From Squalus acanthias (Eukaryota): a DNA stretch of 64,000 nucleotides. Positions 1 through 11,900 of the stretch are shown here, one piece after another (positions within the stretch are counted from its first letter, which is position 1; every line of letters begins with the position of its first letter). Under the pieces are notes generated by a model. That model saw only the letters and a program-made list of their open reading frames with translations, ran no database searches and was not told the DNA's origin. The position numbers and the translations under genes are program-made. The stretch lies in NCBI GenBank assembly GCA_030390025.1, contig CM059432.1:104534001-104598000 (forward strand), read 5' to 3'.

Positions 1-2180
1 GTATTCAGGACAGTTTTCTGGAACAATATATTCTTGAAACAACAAGAAAACAGGATTTAGTAATGAGAAATGCGCCTGAATTAGTCAATAGTCTAACAGT
101 CAGGGAACGCCTATCTAACAGTGACCATAATATGGTAGAATTCGATATTCAGTTTGAGGGGGAGAAGGGTGAGTCACGAACCAAGGTTGTAAATTTAGGT
201 CAGGCGGACTTTGGAAGGATGAGGCAGAAATCGACCACAATAGACTGGGCAGAACAATTAATGGATTAAACTATGGATCAACAGTGGGAGGTGTTCAAAA
301 AGTATTTGGTAGACTACAAGACCTGCACATACCACTAAAGGGCAAGAGCTCTACTTGTGTAATTAAACAACCTTGGTCAACAAGGCAAGTGAGATAGTAT
401 AAAACTAAAAGAAAGGACTTATACAGAGGCAAAGAACAGTCGAGATCCCGTGGACAGAGAGTGGCTTAATGACAGACACAGGCGATATTGTAAATGGAAA
501 TCAGGAAATGGCAGACTTACTAAATAGCTACTTTGTATTGGTCTTCACAGTAGAGGATGAGGATCAAATACCAGAGAAACAAGGAAAATCAAAAATAAAT
601 CAAGGGGAGGAACTAACTAGATTCAATATAAGTTAAAAAAATGGTGACGAAGAAACTAATGAGATTAAAGATAGACAAATCTCCAGGACCCAATGGTTTC
701 TACCCCAGGGTATTAAAACAAGTAGGTGAGGAAATTATTGATGCATTAGTCATGATCTTCCAAAACCTGAGATTGGAAAATTGCCAATGTCACTCCACTA
801 TTTAAGAAGGGTAAGAGAGGTAAACTAGGAAATTATAGACCTATTAGTCTAACGTCAGTTGTGGGGAAGATACTAGAATCTGTTAATAAGGACAGAGTGA
901 CTGAGCATTTGGACAAATATGAACTGATCAGAGAGAGCCAGCATGGATTAGTAAAGGGTAAGTCATGTCTAACAAACTAGTTGAATTTTTTGAGGAGGCA
1001 ACTAACATGGTAGATAAGGGAGTGTCTATGAATGTTATTTATATGGACTTCTAGAAGGCATTCAACAAGGCTCCACATAAGAGACTTAACAAAAATGAGA
1101 GTGCATGGAATTGGAGGCAACCTATTGGCTTGGATAGGGAATTGGTTAGGATGTGGGAGACAGAGAGTAGGGATAATGGTGTGTTCTCAAATTGGCAGGA
1201 TGTGACTAGTGGTGGCCCCCCAGGGATCTGTACTGGCACCACAGCTTTTCACTATATTTATAAATGAATTGAATGAAGGAATAGAGAGCCATATATCTAA
1301 GTTTACTGATGACACTAAGTTAGGTGGCACAGTAAATAGTGTAGATGGGATCAGAAAGTTGCAAAGGGACATTGATAGATTAAGTGAGTGGGCAAAACTA
1401 TGGCAGATGGAGTTTAATGTAGGAAAGTGTGAGGTCATCCACTTTGGACCTGAGAAAGATAGATCAGAGCATTTTATAAATGGTGAGAAGCTAGGAACTG
1501 TGGAGGAGCAGAGAGATTTACAGAAATCACTAAAAGCTAGTGGACAGGTACAAAAAATAATTAAAAAGGCTAATGGAATGTTGGTCTTATTCTCAAGAGG
1601 GCTGGAATACAAAGGGTCGAAGTTATAATATAGCTGTACAGAGCGCGGGTGAGACCCCATCTGAAGTACTGTATTCAGTTTTGGGCCCCACACTTCAAAC
1701 AGGATACATTGGCCTTGGAGGAGGTACAGCGCAGATTCACCAGAATGATACCGGGGCTAAAAGAGATAAATAATAAGGACAGGTTGCATAGAGTAGGCTT
1801 GTATTCCTTTGCATTTAGAAGATTAAGGGTTGATCTAATTGAGATGTTTAAGATGATTAAAGGATTTGATAGGTTAGATAGAGAGAAACTATTTCCTCTG
1901 GTGGGGGAATCAGAAAAAGGGGGCATAACCTTAAAATTAGAGCTGGATTGTTCAGGGGTGATGTCAAAATCTGGAACTCTCTCCCCCAAAAAGCTGTTGA
2001 GGGCTAGGTCAATTGAAAATTTCAAAACTGAGATTGAAAGGTTTTTGTTAGGTAAGAGTATTCTGGGTTACGGAACCAAGGTGGATAGATGAAGTTAAGA
2101 TTCAGATCAGCCATAATCTAATTGAATGGCGGAACAGGCTCGAGGGGCTGAATAGCCTACTCCTGATCCTATGCTCCTAT
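1..2180 (+). mobile_element. CR1/HER1-type LINE, degraded ORF2 and 3' UTR
   Basis: ORF2 motifs SDHNMVEF, PQGSVLAPQLF, FTDDTKLGG, WQMEFNVGKC, RPHLKYCIQFW in broken frames; 3' tail gaatggcggaacaggctcgaggggctgaatagcctactcctg. Confidence 0.93.
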
Positions 2181-2499
2181 CCTCCTAAGTTCCTAGATCC
2201 CGATGAGGAAGGCGATTTGCTCATCCCCACTGGCCCATCTAAATAGATCACTCAGTGAAATTTTTTAAAAATTTGGTCTATTTTGTTTTAACCAATAAAA
2301 TGGCATCAGATGCCAATGCCACAAAATAAATGTCAGTGTCTGTCAAGTACCTCCTTCTACGAGGAGAGCATCAATAAAACAATTAGTTTAATCAAACTGC
2401 ACAAACTGCGTGCGTAATTAAAATTTTATTCCGCCTTGTTTATTAATGAAGTCCAACGGTACGCACCAGTCGGGAATCATTTGACGCAAACTAGTGATC

Positions 2500-2900
2500 C
2501 CACACCAGTGTCACTCAGGCACTCAGAGAGGCAAGCAGTTGAAAGACCCCCGCTCTCCCCACCCCCCATCGATCTAGCGCATCCTGGTCCAGTGAATCAG
2601 TGAATGGCAACATTTGTCAGCCCAGGTGCAGACCGACCATGAGGTCCCCCAACTCACATGGCACCCCCCCGTGCACCAGGTGACCAAGGATGAGGAGCAT
2701 AGGGGAGAAGTGCAGCTAGAACTTTCGGAGCAGCCCTTCAGGTGGTGGAACAGCAGCTGCCACCCCTGGCACTGCGCACAGATATGGAAGGTCGTTTCAT
2801 GTTCTCCGCAAAGCAGGCATGCAGCTGAAGTGTTGGTGAAGTGGGCCAGCAATTTATTTGATGCCACTGCGCCATGCAACACTCTTCATCCCAAGTCCCC
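2500..2900 (-). mobile_element. Tx1-type LINE 3' fragment (C-terminal zinc knuckle), degraded
   Basis: LHGAVASNKLLAHFTNTSAACLLCGEHETTFHICAQC, homologous to the better copy at 38830-39447. Confidence 0.7.
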
Positions 2901-4599
2901 AGTGGTACCAGGATGGATTTCTGAATACAGAGCTTTCCACGTGTCGCCAGATCACGTGACATCTGCAAATGTTGTTGCATTTACCTTATAAAGGTTGGGT
3001 CCCTCGTCGTTGAGCATCTTTGCTTGTGATTTATCACCGGCAACTGTTGTGCGAGAAGTTCCGAGAAACAGGAGGCCTCCTGCGAGCAGGCAAAGAGGGA
3101 AACCGAGGGCGGGGAAACCAAAGGTGTGGGAGGGATTCGCAGAGCGGAAACCAGAGGTGGACGGAACTATGATTCCACCAGTAATTAATACTAGCTCACT
3201 GAAATTGCGCCGATAATTAATAGTAATACTGCTAACACTCAGATTCCCCTCGTAACCAACAGTAATACAATAAATTACTGATCGTCTATACGTAATTGGT
3301 GGTAATAGGTGTAACGCCCTGATATCCTACCTGAAACTAGTAGTAATCCTGTAACTTGTTGATACTCCTGAACCCCCCACCAACGTCTGACTGTTTTCAG
3401 CACACCAGTTGGTCCTGGCTCTCTGCAGCGGGGGTGGAGGGGTGGGGTGGGGTGATGTTACCAAGCCGGAGGTTTCGCTACAGCATCAGCCAATGACGTC
3501 ATGGAGCGGGGATCGCTGCTACGACAGGAAATTTAAAGTGCAAAGATCTCCCAGGCTGCAAGCATCAGCGCCTGGGAAATCCATGCCCCATTCCTGGAAA
3601 CTCCTGGGCAATCTGGGAGGGTTGGCAACCCTAACTTGGTCACTTTTGCCAAGAGGGGCAGATTTATTCACTTTTTTTCAATTGCAGGTGGTTCGGAAGT
3701 ATGCTGCAGAAAGAATGAGAAAGAATCAGATCCTGATGATATAGCCTCCACTGTAAAGTGATTCGAAGGTTAGAAATCCTGGACCTAATCAAGGGCCTTG
3801 TATCCTATTCTGATTTTGAGAACTGTATAAATAAGACCTTCTGAGAAGCTCTAAATGCCACAAGTGAACAGATGGTGGCACCAGAGTGTGTAGGGAAGGA
3901 CAACTGTAAGATCTACAGGCCTGTCAAAGGCGTTCTCAACATGAAATAGAAGATATTGGACCTGCTGCATTCCGTTTCCATCCTGTTTCTTGTGGACTAA
4001 AATGATTGTGTCAGTTCTCATCTGCACATTTAGCTCTTAGAGCCTGTTAGAATACATGAACCCTGCCTTATTAGAAAACCTGGGGGTTGGGAATGAGATT
4101 GAAGCAGGGTAGAAAATGAGGTTAAAACTGAAATCTATCTTTAGACCACAGGGCTGAAAGGTGTCTTAGAGAAAGATGAGATTGTTCTTGCAGCTTGTAA
4201 TGAGCTTTGTTCGAACAGTGAATGAGACCAATGTCAGTGGGAAGCTCTCAGCTTTTCCAACTCTCACGTTCTCATTTGCCCAGGGCTCCCACTTCCTTAG
4301 TTTTCAATGCACTCTTTGGGCTGGATTTTGTCATTGGGGGCGGGCTGGGGGGCGTGTCAGGTGGTCGTCGTGTCAGGATCCCGACTCCGATGTCAAGTGG
4401 GAAAAAAGTGCGATTTTGCCCTAATTGGGTACTTGATTTCCAGCGTGTGGGAACCCCTGGCCCAATGAGCCTTTTCATGCAGAAACTCGCCTCCGATGAC
4501 GTCATCAATACTGCTGGATTTAAGGCCTGCAAGCAGCCTTGCTTCTTTTTCAGCCTTTCAACTTTGTGACCATTGTTCTGAGTGATTCCTTCTGCAACT

Positions 4600-6601
4600 A
4601 TGTCCAGCTCTAGACCAAAGTGTGCACCTAGATTTGATGAGGCCTCCCTCCAAGCTCTGGTGGAGGGAGCAAGAGCAAACAAGGAGGTGCTCTTTCCTTC
4701 CTCAGGCAGGAAAAAGCCTCCACAACAGACCAAGACTGTGTGGCTGCAAGTGGCACAGGAGGTCAATGCTATTTCTATGTGCAGCAGAACCTGGCTGCAG
4801 TGTAGAAAGAGGTTTCATGATCTTCTACGCACAGGAAAAGTGAGTATTACATTCCCATCACCCTCAATCTGATCCCCATTGCCTCTCATCACCAGCACTC
4901 TGCTTTGTCAACCTCCTCCTGCACATCCCACTTCACCCTTACATCCCTGCACCCTTACCCATTCCCTCTCTCTTTATGTTCACATTCACTGAACTATTCG
5001 ACTATGCAGCCCTCACACTCCCTATCACTGTGATGCAATGCCAACAACTTACAACACACAGGGAGGGCCCTTGGCCTTGGCACCTCACTCCATCTTTGTC
5101 TCCTTCTAAGCATCTATGCTATGGATTCTCTACACTCACTCCTTCATTCTCACTCAAACTCCACTTGTCTCCCTCATTGCAGGAAAAGAGAGCCCACAAT
5201 AAGAGGGAAAGGGCGAGGACAGGAGGAGGGCCACCCTCAATAGCCCATCTCACCAATGCAGAGGAGGCGGCCCTGGAGATCGTGGGAGTGGAAGACGATG
5301 CGCAAGTGGGGGACGGACAGACGGGCGCATCAGAGCAAGCTGGTGACAGAATAGTTTTGCATCTCTCTCATTGACATTGCATGAGTGACTGATAATGATT
5401 CTGATGCTCTAACAGATTGACTTATGATCATCTGCACAATTCAATGTGCATTCAACCTTTATCTCACATCCCAAACTCTTTCCTTTACTCCCCCACAGGA
5501 CCATCGAGAGCCCCAGTCCCCACTGTCCAGGAGGAACAGCCTGAGCCACCAGACTCCTCAGAGGAAGCTGCAACCTCTGAGGGTGCAGCGTCAGCAGAAT
5601 TCAGTGCACCCAGCACCAGCGCAGACACTAACACCTCGGTGGGACCTTCGCGAGATAGAGTAGTATTGCCACCTGGTGTATCACAGATCATAAGTGAGCA
5701 TCAGCAGATGGTGGAGACAGGGACAGCAGTGGAGAGTCCTCGTCGGAGGGCGCAGGACTCTCCCAGCTCGGCTCAGCTGCATGTCGACCCTGTGCCTCCA
5801 GGTCCATCCAGAAGGAGAGCGGCGCTGGAACTCCAGGAACAGGTGCAGTAGTCTCTGGCAGGTTTTGTCTCCAGGGTCGCTGCGAGTGTGGAGTGAATGG
5901 AGGAGTCCATCGCGAACATGAGCTGAGCCTTTGTGGAGGCATTGGCGCATGAACGCATCACCACGGAAAGGATGGCAACCTCCATGGAAAGGATGGCTAC
6001 CTCCATAGTAAGGCTGGCTACCGTAAAGGACAGGATGGCTATGGTAGAGGAGAGAATGGCTACGGCCATGGAGGAGCTTAGTCGCCAGGGTATTGAAAAC
6101 ATGGTGATTGTTCAGAATAGACTGACATCTCTTGAGGAGCGATGGTCAACTATTGAGCATAGAAACCAGACCTTCATGGAAGTCCTCTGGAGTAGGACTT
6201 CCAGTGCAGAAATGGGTCCTCATGGCCCCCTTGAAGTGCAGCAAGGTGCTGTCAAGCCACTTGCTAGCTCTGAAGTGAGGCTGACCCATGAGAGAGATGT
6301 TGGTGGCAGAGAACAAGAAGTGGGGGCTCCTCTCCAAGCACCCACCTGACCATGCCACTGCAAAGCCCTCGGTCAGAGCCCCACCAGAGTCCTCACCCAA
6401 CTGAGATGGTCGTCTCAGCCCCTGCACAGCCGCAGGAGCAGCAGACTGTTGCCGAGCCCTCACAGGCTTGCAACCCCGAGGACGCCCGCCAAAGGTGTCG
6501 AGACAGGAGCAGCAAGAAAGTGAGCAAGGGGCCTCCACATCTGCTGAAGCCACAGGGGAAGCACCATGTAGGAGCATAAGAGGAAGATAAAGCACAAGTA
6601 G
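4600..6601 (+). pseudogene. Harbinger Myb/SANT-like DNA-binding gene, 3 exons (4600-4839, 5183-5342, 5499-~6601), stops in exon 3
   Basis: PRFDEASLQALVE...WLQVAQEVNA...RTWLQCRKRFHDL, RERARTGGGPP; GT-AG sites in matching phases; coiled-coil ERMATSMERMA repeats. Confidence 0.88.
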
Positions 6602-6859
6602 TCACAAGGGCAGTCACTTGGGTGTTCTGTTGTGTTTATTTTTGAAAAGCCATCCGTGTATTGTGATGATAAACAAATTTGATGGCAAACTGTTGAAGTT
6701 GTGACCTGTGTCATTTCGAAAATGGGACTTCCACATTGAGTCCTTAGGGCGACTTGCAATTGTCAGTATGGAGGTCAGAGTGATAGGAATCCGCAGGTTC
6801 TTGTCCATTGTCGATGCTCTGGTAAGAAGGTGTGAGGCAAAAGTGTTTGATTGTGCAGG

Positions 6860-8100
6860 CTAAGCAAATCTGGCCAAGATGAGTGCGTCCCTTGCATGTG
6901 CAATGTGCTCGCGTGCTGGTGCCACTGGTTGATGTGCCTCCGCAACCTGTTCGTTGTCGGTGTCCTCCTCCTCCTCCTCCTCCTCATCTGAGGAGGCTAT
7001 GCGATCAGCCACTTGTATCTCAGACAGCTGCAAGCCACGATGCTGTGCCATGTTGTGAAGTGCACAGCAGACCACAACGATTCTGGAGACCCTGGCTGCT
7101 GAGTACTGCAGGGCTCCACCTGATCTATCAAGATATCTGAATCATTTCTTCAGCAAGCCAATGGTTTGCTCGATATGGATCTGGTGGAAATGTGGCTGGA
7201 GTTGTAGCGCTCCTCAGCGTCGTTGGATGGGCTCCTCAACGGCGTCCTTAGCCACGTCTTCAGGGGATAGCACTTGTCTCCAAGTAGCCATCCGAAAAGT
7301 TGGTCTGGCGGACTGAAGAGCGGAGGCACACTAGACTGGCGCAAGATGAAGGAGTCATGGCAACTGCCAGGGCACTTGGTGCAAACATGCAAAATTTCCT
7401 TATTGTGGTCACACACCAGCTGTACGTTGAGGGAGTGGAAGCCCCTGCGGTTGACAAAAATACCTGGATTGTGATGGGGTGCCTTAAGGGCTACATGTGT
7501 GCAGTCAACGACACCCTGCACCCTTGGAAAGCCTGCCAGATTGGCAAACCCAACCACACGCGCGGTTACACTTGCTTGATCCTTGGAGAAATTGATGTAA
7601 TTGTGCGCGATGGCAAAGAGGGCATCGGTAACCTGCATGATGCAAGTGTGTGCGGCCACCTGGGAGACGCCGCTGATGTCTGCTGCTGATCCCTGGAATG
7701 AGCCTGAAGCAAAAAAGTTGAGTGCGGTGGTGACTTTGCCGGCCACTGGTAAGGGGTGTCCACCCGCTCCTCTGGGCTCCAGGTCTTGCTGCAGCATTGC
7801 GCAGATGTCACCCACTACCTCTCGCGAAAGTCGGAGCCTCCTTTGGCACTGCTGCTCAGTCATGTTGAGGTAGCTGATCCTCTGTCTGTAGACCCTGTTT
7901 TGGGGGTATCTCCTGCGCTGACGTGCTTCCATGCGCTGGCGCCTTCTGGCCTGAGCAGCTTCAGGTGGGTGAGAAGCAGCTTGGAGCTCCTGTTGTTACT
8001 CCTGCAGTTAGTACTGCTGATGTTCAGGATTCTGCTGCTGCCGCGGCTGGTCTTTGTCCGAATCTGATGTCCAGAAGGAAAGGAAATAAATGGTTCCAAT
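6860..8100 (-). pseudogene. Harbinger DDE transposase (HARBI1 family), disrupted
   Basis: [51 protein letters not shown], acidic tail; start codon mutated, frameshift. Confidence 0.92.
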
Positions 8101-10312
8101 GCTTCTGGTATATACCTCAGTTGAGGAAGCGCTGAGTCAGTGTGGGGAGAGGGGTTTCCCAGGAGGTCACACTGGAGATGGGTGTCAGGCTCCAAATTCC
8201 ACAACAATGAGTAGGCCTGCTAAAAGTTCCCCCAGACCTGAGACAACAAAGTTCTGCCACCTGCAAATGATCATCGGTGAAAACTCCTTTTTAATGGTGG
8301 AGCTGCAGCTGTTAGTAAGCCATCCACTTGTGAGGCCGCCAGGATTAACTGACGTGTTCCAGAGGAGACATGCAGCACGGGGGAAATGTCTTAAATTCAG
8401 AAAGGCCTCTCAAAATGGAATTATAGAGGCAATTAACTGGTAGTTAAGGGCCTTAAGGGCCTATCGCACCTCTTGGAGGCGGGATGGAAACGGGGTCTGA
8501 AACCACGAATGTGGGAAAATTGGTCGGAGGCGGGATCGGAGTCGCCCACCATTTTTTGCGATTTTTACAACTCACACGCCTCCAATCCCATCTCCTCGGG
8601 CCTGGCAAAATCGAGCCCTTTATTTCATTAATGCTTCTGTCCATTACTTCATGATCTTTTGGGCCATTTCACTCATTATTCCTCTTTGGTTTTGTCACAT
8701 GTCTATTACACTTTGTCCTTCTCCTCTTTTTCTGATTGTATTAACCTGCCCATCTACCTCATCAGGTTTTGAGTAGTCTGTAACCAAAATCTTTACAGAT
8801 GCTGACTCAGCTGCTGTTTGCTTCCAGCATTTTCAGGTTTTTTTTAAAGTCTCGCAGCACCTGCAATATTCTGCTTTTAATACCATCCAGATTGGCTTTG
8901 TGTCAGGAAATGAGGGCAAATTCATGGTAACTGGTTTTAAAATGGATTAAGTGGCAACCTACAATGACTTCTGCCCAGACCCCCCTCATGAAGTCACAGT
9001 GATTAGAACATTACAATTCACATTGTGCCTGAGTATTGACTGTTTAAAATGAGCCGTGCTTTTTGATTCCCTGTAATCCCTTTCCATGTTGCCTGGTTTG
9101 TCTTTCTGCAACAAAAGAATCTAATTGATGCTTGTGCTGAAATCCCTTTTGAAATTATTGATTTTGGCCAGAACAATTTTCTTGTTTGTTAGAGTGGCTT
9201 GTTCAGATTCCACCCTCCAGGAAGGAGAAACTGGGGAACGGGATGGAAATGGACATAATGCAGTTTCTCTTGGGAAAAAAGCCTTGTCTGCAGGGAGGAT
9301 TGTAGTGCAAGTGGCCCAAGCCATTTGTCTCCTAAATTGCTTTGATGCAGTTGGTCTGAATTGCAAACTTAATGTTGGAACTGTTGATCTGCAACACCCT
9401 TCAATGTCCCGCATTCATGGTACTGCAAAGACACAAAATAAAGGCATAAACTGCCCCAAAGGCTCCTCAAGTCACTCCACTGAGGACCTGATGTACAGAC
9501 CAGGCAGGTGGTCTGTGTTGAGTTAGTTGAATGCCAGCTAGGTAGTAATTGGGATACTGTAATTTGCCTCAGCATGGAGGCAATGGAAAGGCAAATCAGT
9601 CTGGTTTGACATTGCTTATGGGTTTTATTGGCCTTTAAAAGTGCACATTGTCCAATAATTGTTTCAGGGTTGACTATGATGCCTCTGTGGTTGGATAGGC
9701 TGACAACAGTGTGCAGGTTGATAGTAAGTCACCCAGCCTGTAGAACTGTTCTATAGCCTTAAGAAGATATAAAAATAAATGGCAATTACAATTAATTTAA
9801 CTTGTAGATGGAATGGTGTTGAAATATTGAGACATGGAATTAGATCTAACTTAGTCATGTCTGAACTGTTCTTTCTTTAATGTTCACAGAAGAGATGAGT
9901 TAGGACTGATTTTAAACCAGTCCTTGTGGGCTGAGTCCCCAGTACCACGTGCTGTGGGCCGTGTTTGAACTAAATTGGTATGGTATGTTCATTCTCAAGG
10001 ACACCAGGTGCCGGTGTAGGAAGTTCGACTGTGACAGTGGAGCTGCTTTGAATCCAACACCTAGAGCAGCACTCAGCCAAAAGGACCAAGGAGATCCTGG
10101 GCAACAGCCGGTCTGTTGGAAGGAGAGGTTTTAGTTCTAGCTTCAATGTACCCTTTCTCAAATTGAAGGATTCATTGAGGATGGACTTGTTTGTGCCTTG
10201 GGAGCACGAAAAAGCACATCACCCCGAGGGGAGGGAGATGATGGGGTAGATGAAGTTTGGAGTCCCCTAGACTGCTCCCACAGTGTACCTTAATCCTGAC
10301 TTCAGATCAGTC

Positions 10313-11900
10313 ATCAAGAAAATGCTGGAATCCATTATTAAGGAAGTGGTAAACAGGGCACTTAGAAAATCATTATATGATTAGGCAGAGTCAACATGGT
10401 TTTATCAAAGGGAAATCATGTTTGACAAATCTATTAGAGTTTTTTGAGGATGTAACTAGCAGAGTAGATAAAGGGGAATCAGCGGATGTAGTATATTTGG
10501 ATTTCCAAAAGGCATTCGATAAGGTGCCACATGAAAGTCTCTTACACAAGATTAGGGCTCATGGGGTTGAGGATAATATGTTAGCATGGATAGAGGATTG
10601 GTTAAAGAACAGAAAACAGAGAGTAGGAATAAATGGGACATTTTCAGGTTGGCACGCTGTTACTAGTGGGGTGCCGCAAGGATCAGTGCTGGGGCCTCAG
10701 CTATTTACAATCTATATCAATGACTTAGATGAAGGGACCGAGTGCAATGTATCCAAGTTTACTGGTGATACAAAGCTAGGTGGGAAAGTAAGCTGTGAGG
10801 AGGACACAAAGAGTCTGCAATGGGATATAGACAGGTTACGTGAGTGGGCAAGAAGGTGGCAGATGGAGTATACTGTGGGGAAATGTGAGGTTATTCACTT
10901 TGGTAGGAAGAATAAAAAACCAGAATATTTTTTAAAAGGTGAGAAACTATTAAATGTTGGTGTTCAGAGAGATTTGGGTGTCCTTGTACACAAAACATAG
11001 AAAGTTAACATGCAGGTACAGCAAGCAATTAGGAGGCAAATGGCATGTTGGCCTTTATTGCAAGGGTTTGGAGTATAAGAGTAAAGAAGTCTTGCTGCAA
11101 TTGTGCAGGGCTTTGGTGAGACCACACCTGGAGTACTGTGCACAGTTTTGGTCTCCTTATAAGAAAGAAAGACTTGCATTTATAGAGCACCTTTCACGAC
11201 CACCGGACATCCCAAAGCACTTTACAGCCAATGAAGTACCTTTTTGAAGTGTAGTCACTGTTGTAATGTAGGAAACGCAGCATCCAATTTGTGCACAGCA
11301 AGCTCCCACGAACAGCAATGTGATAATGACCGGATAATCTGTTTTAGTGATGTTGAGGGATAAATATTGGCCAGGACACCGAGGATAACTCCCCTGCTTA
11401 TCTGAGGAAGAACATACTTGCCTTAGAAGCGGTGCAACAAAGGTTCACTAGATTGATTCCTAGGATGAAAAGGTTGTCCTATGAGGAGAGATTGAGTAGA
11501 TTGGGTTTATAATCTCTGGTGTTTAGAAGAATGAGAGGTGATCTCATTGAAACCTATAAGAATTGGGAGGGCTTGAAAGGGTAGATGCTAAGAGGTTGTT
11601 TCCCCTGGCTGGAGAGTCTAGAACTAGGGGCATAGTCTCAGAATAAGGGGATGGCCATTTAGGACTGAGATGAGGAGGAATTTCTTCACTCAGAGGGTTG
11701 TGAATCTGCCCCAGAGGGCTGTGGATGCTCAGTCGTTGAGTATATTCAAGGCGAAGATCAATTCATTTTTGCACTCTAAGGGAATCAAGGGATATGGGGA
11801 TCGGGCGGGAAAGTGGAGTTGAGGTCAAAGATCTCAAAGCGGAGCAGGCTCGAGGGGCCATATGGCCTACTCCTGCTCCTATTTCTTATGTTATCATGTT
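10313..11900 (+). mobile_element. CR1 LINE 3' half, interrupted by a SINE
   Basis: QHGFIKGKSCLTNL, YLDFQKAFDKVPH, GVPQGSVLGP; CR1 3' tail. Confidence 0.93.
11161..11396 (-). mobile_element. Deu-domain SINE (SacSINE1/AmnSINE1-like), 5'-truncated
   Basis: - strand ggtgtcctggccaatatttatccc...ttcctacattacaacagtgactacacttcaaaa...ctataaatgcaagtctttctttctt; TSD CTTAT (11156-60, 11397-401). Confidence 0.8.

Larger units (their letters stand above)
4318..8618. mobile_element. Full-length PIF/Harbinger DNA transposon (copy 1), inactivated
   Basis: TIRs GGGCTGGATTTTGTCA / TGGCAAAATCGAGCCC; 3-bp TSD TTT (4315-17, 8619-21); two convergent genes. Confidence 0.93.

Noticed and set aside
2970..3405. Possible short solo LTR
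   Set aside because: TG start and AATAAA present, but no matching TSD or clear CA end.
6860..8100. Host HARBI1 or MSANTD/NAIF1 genes
   Set aside because: Bounded by TIRs and TSDs, multi-copy and disrupted, so transposon-borne rather than domesticated.
9121..9526. Overlapping 97-aa and 133-aa ORFs
   Set aside because: No recognisable domain; the 97-aa frame has a stop right after the nearby acceptor.
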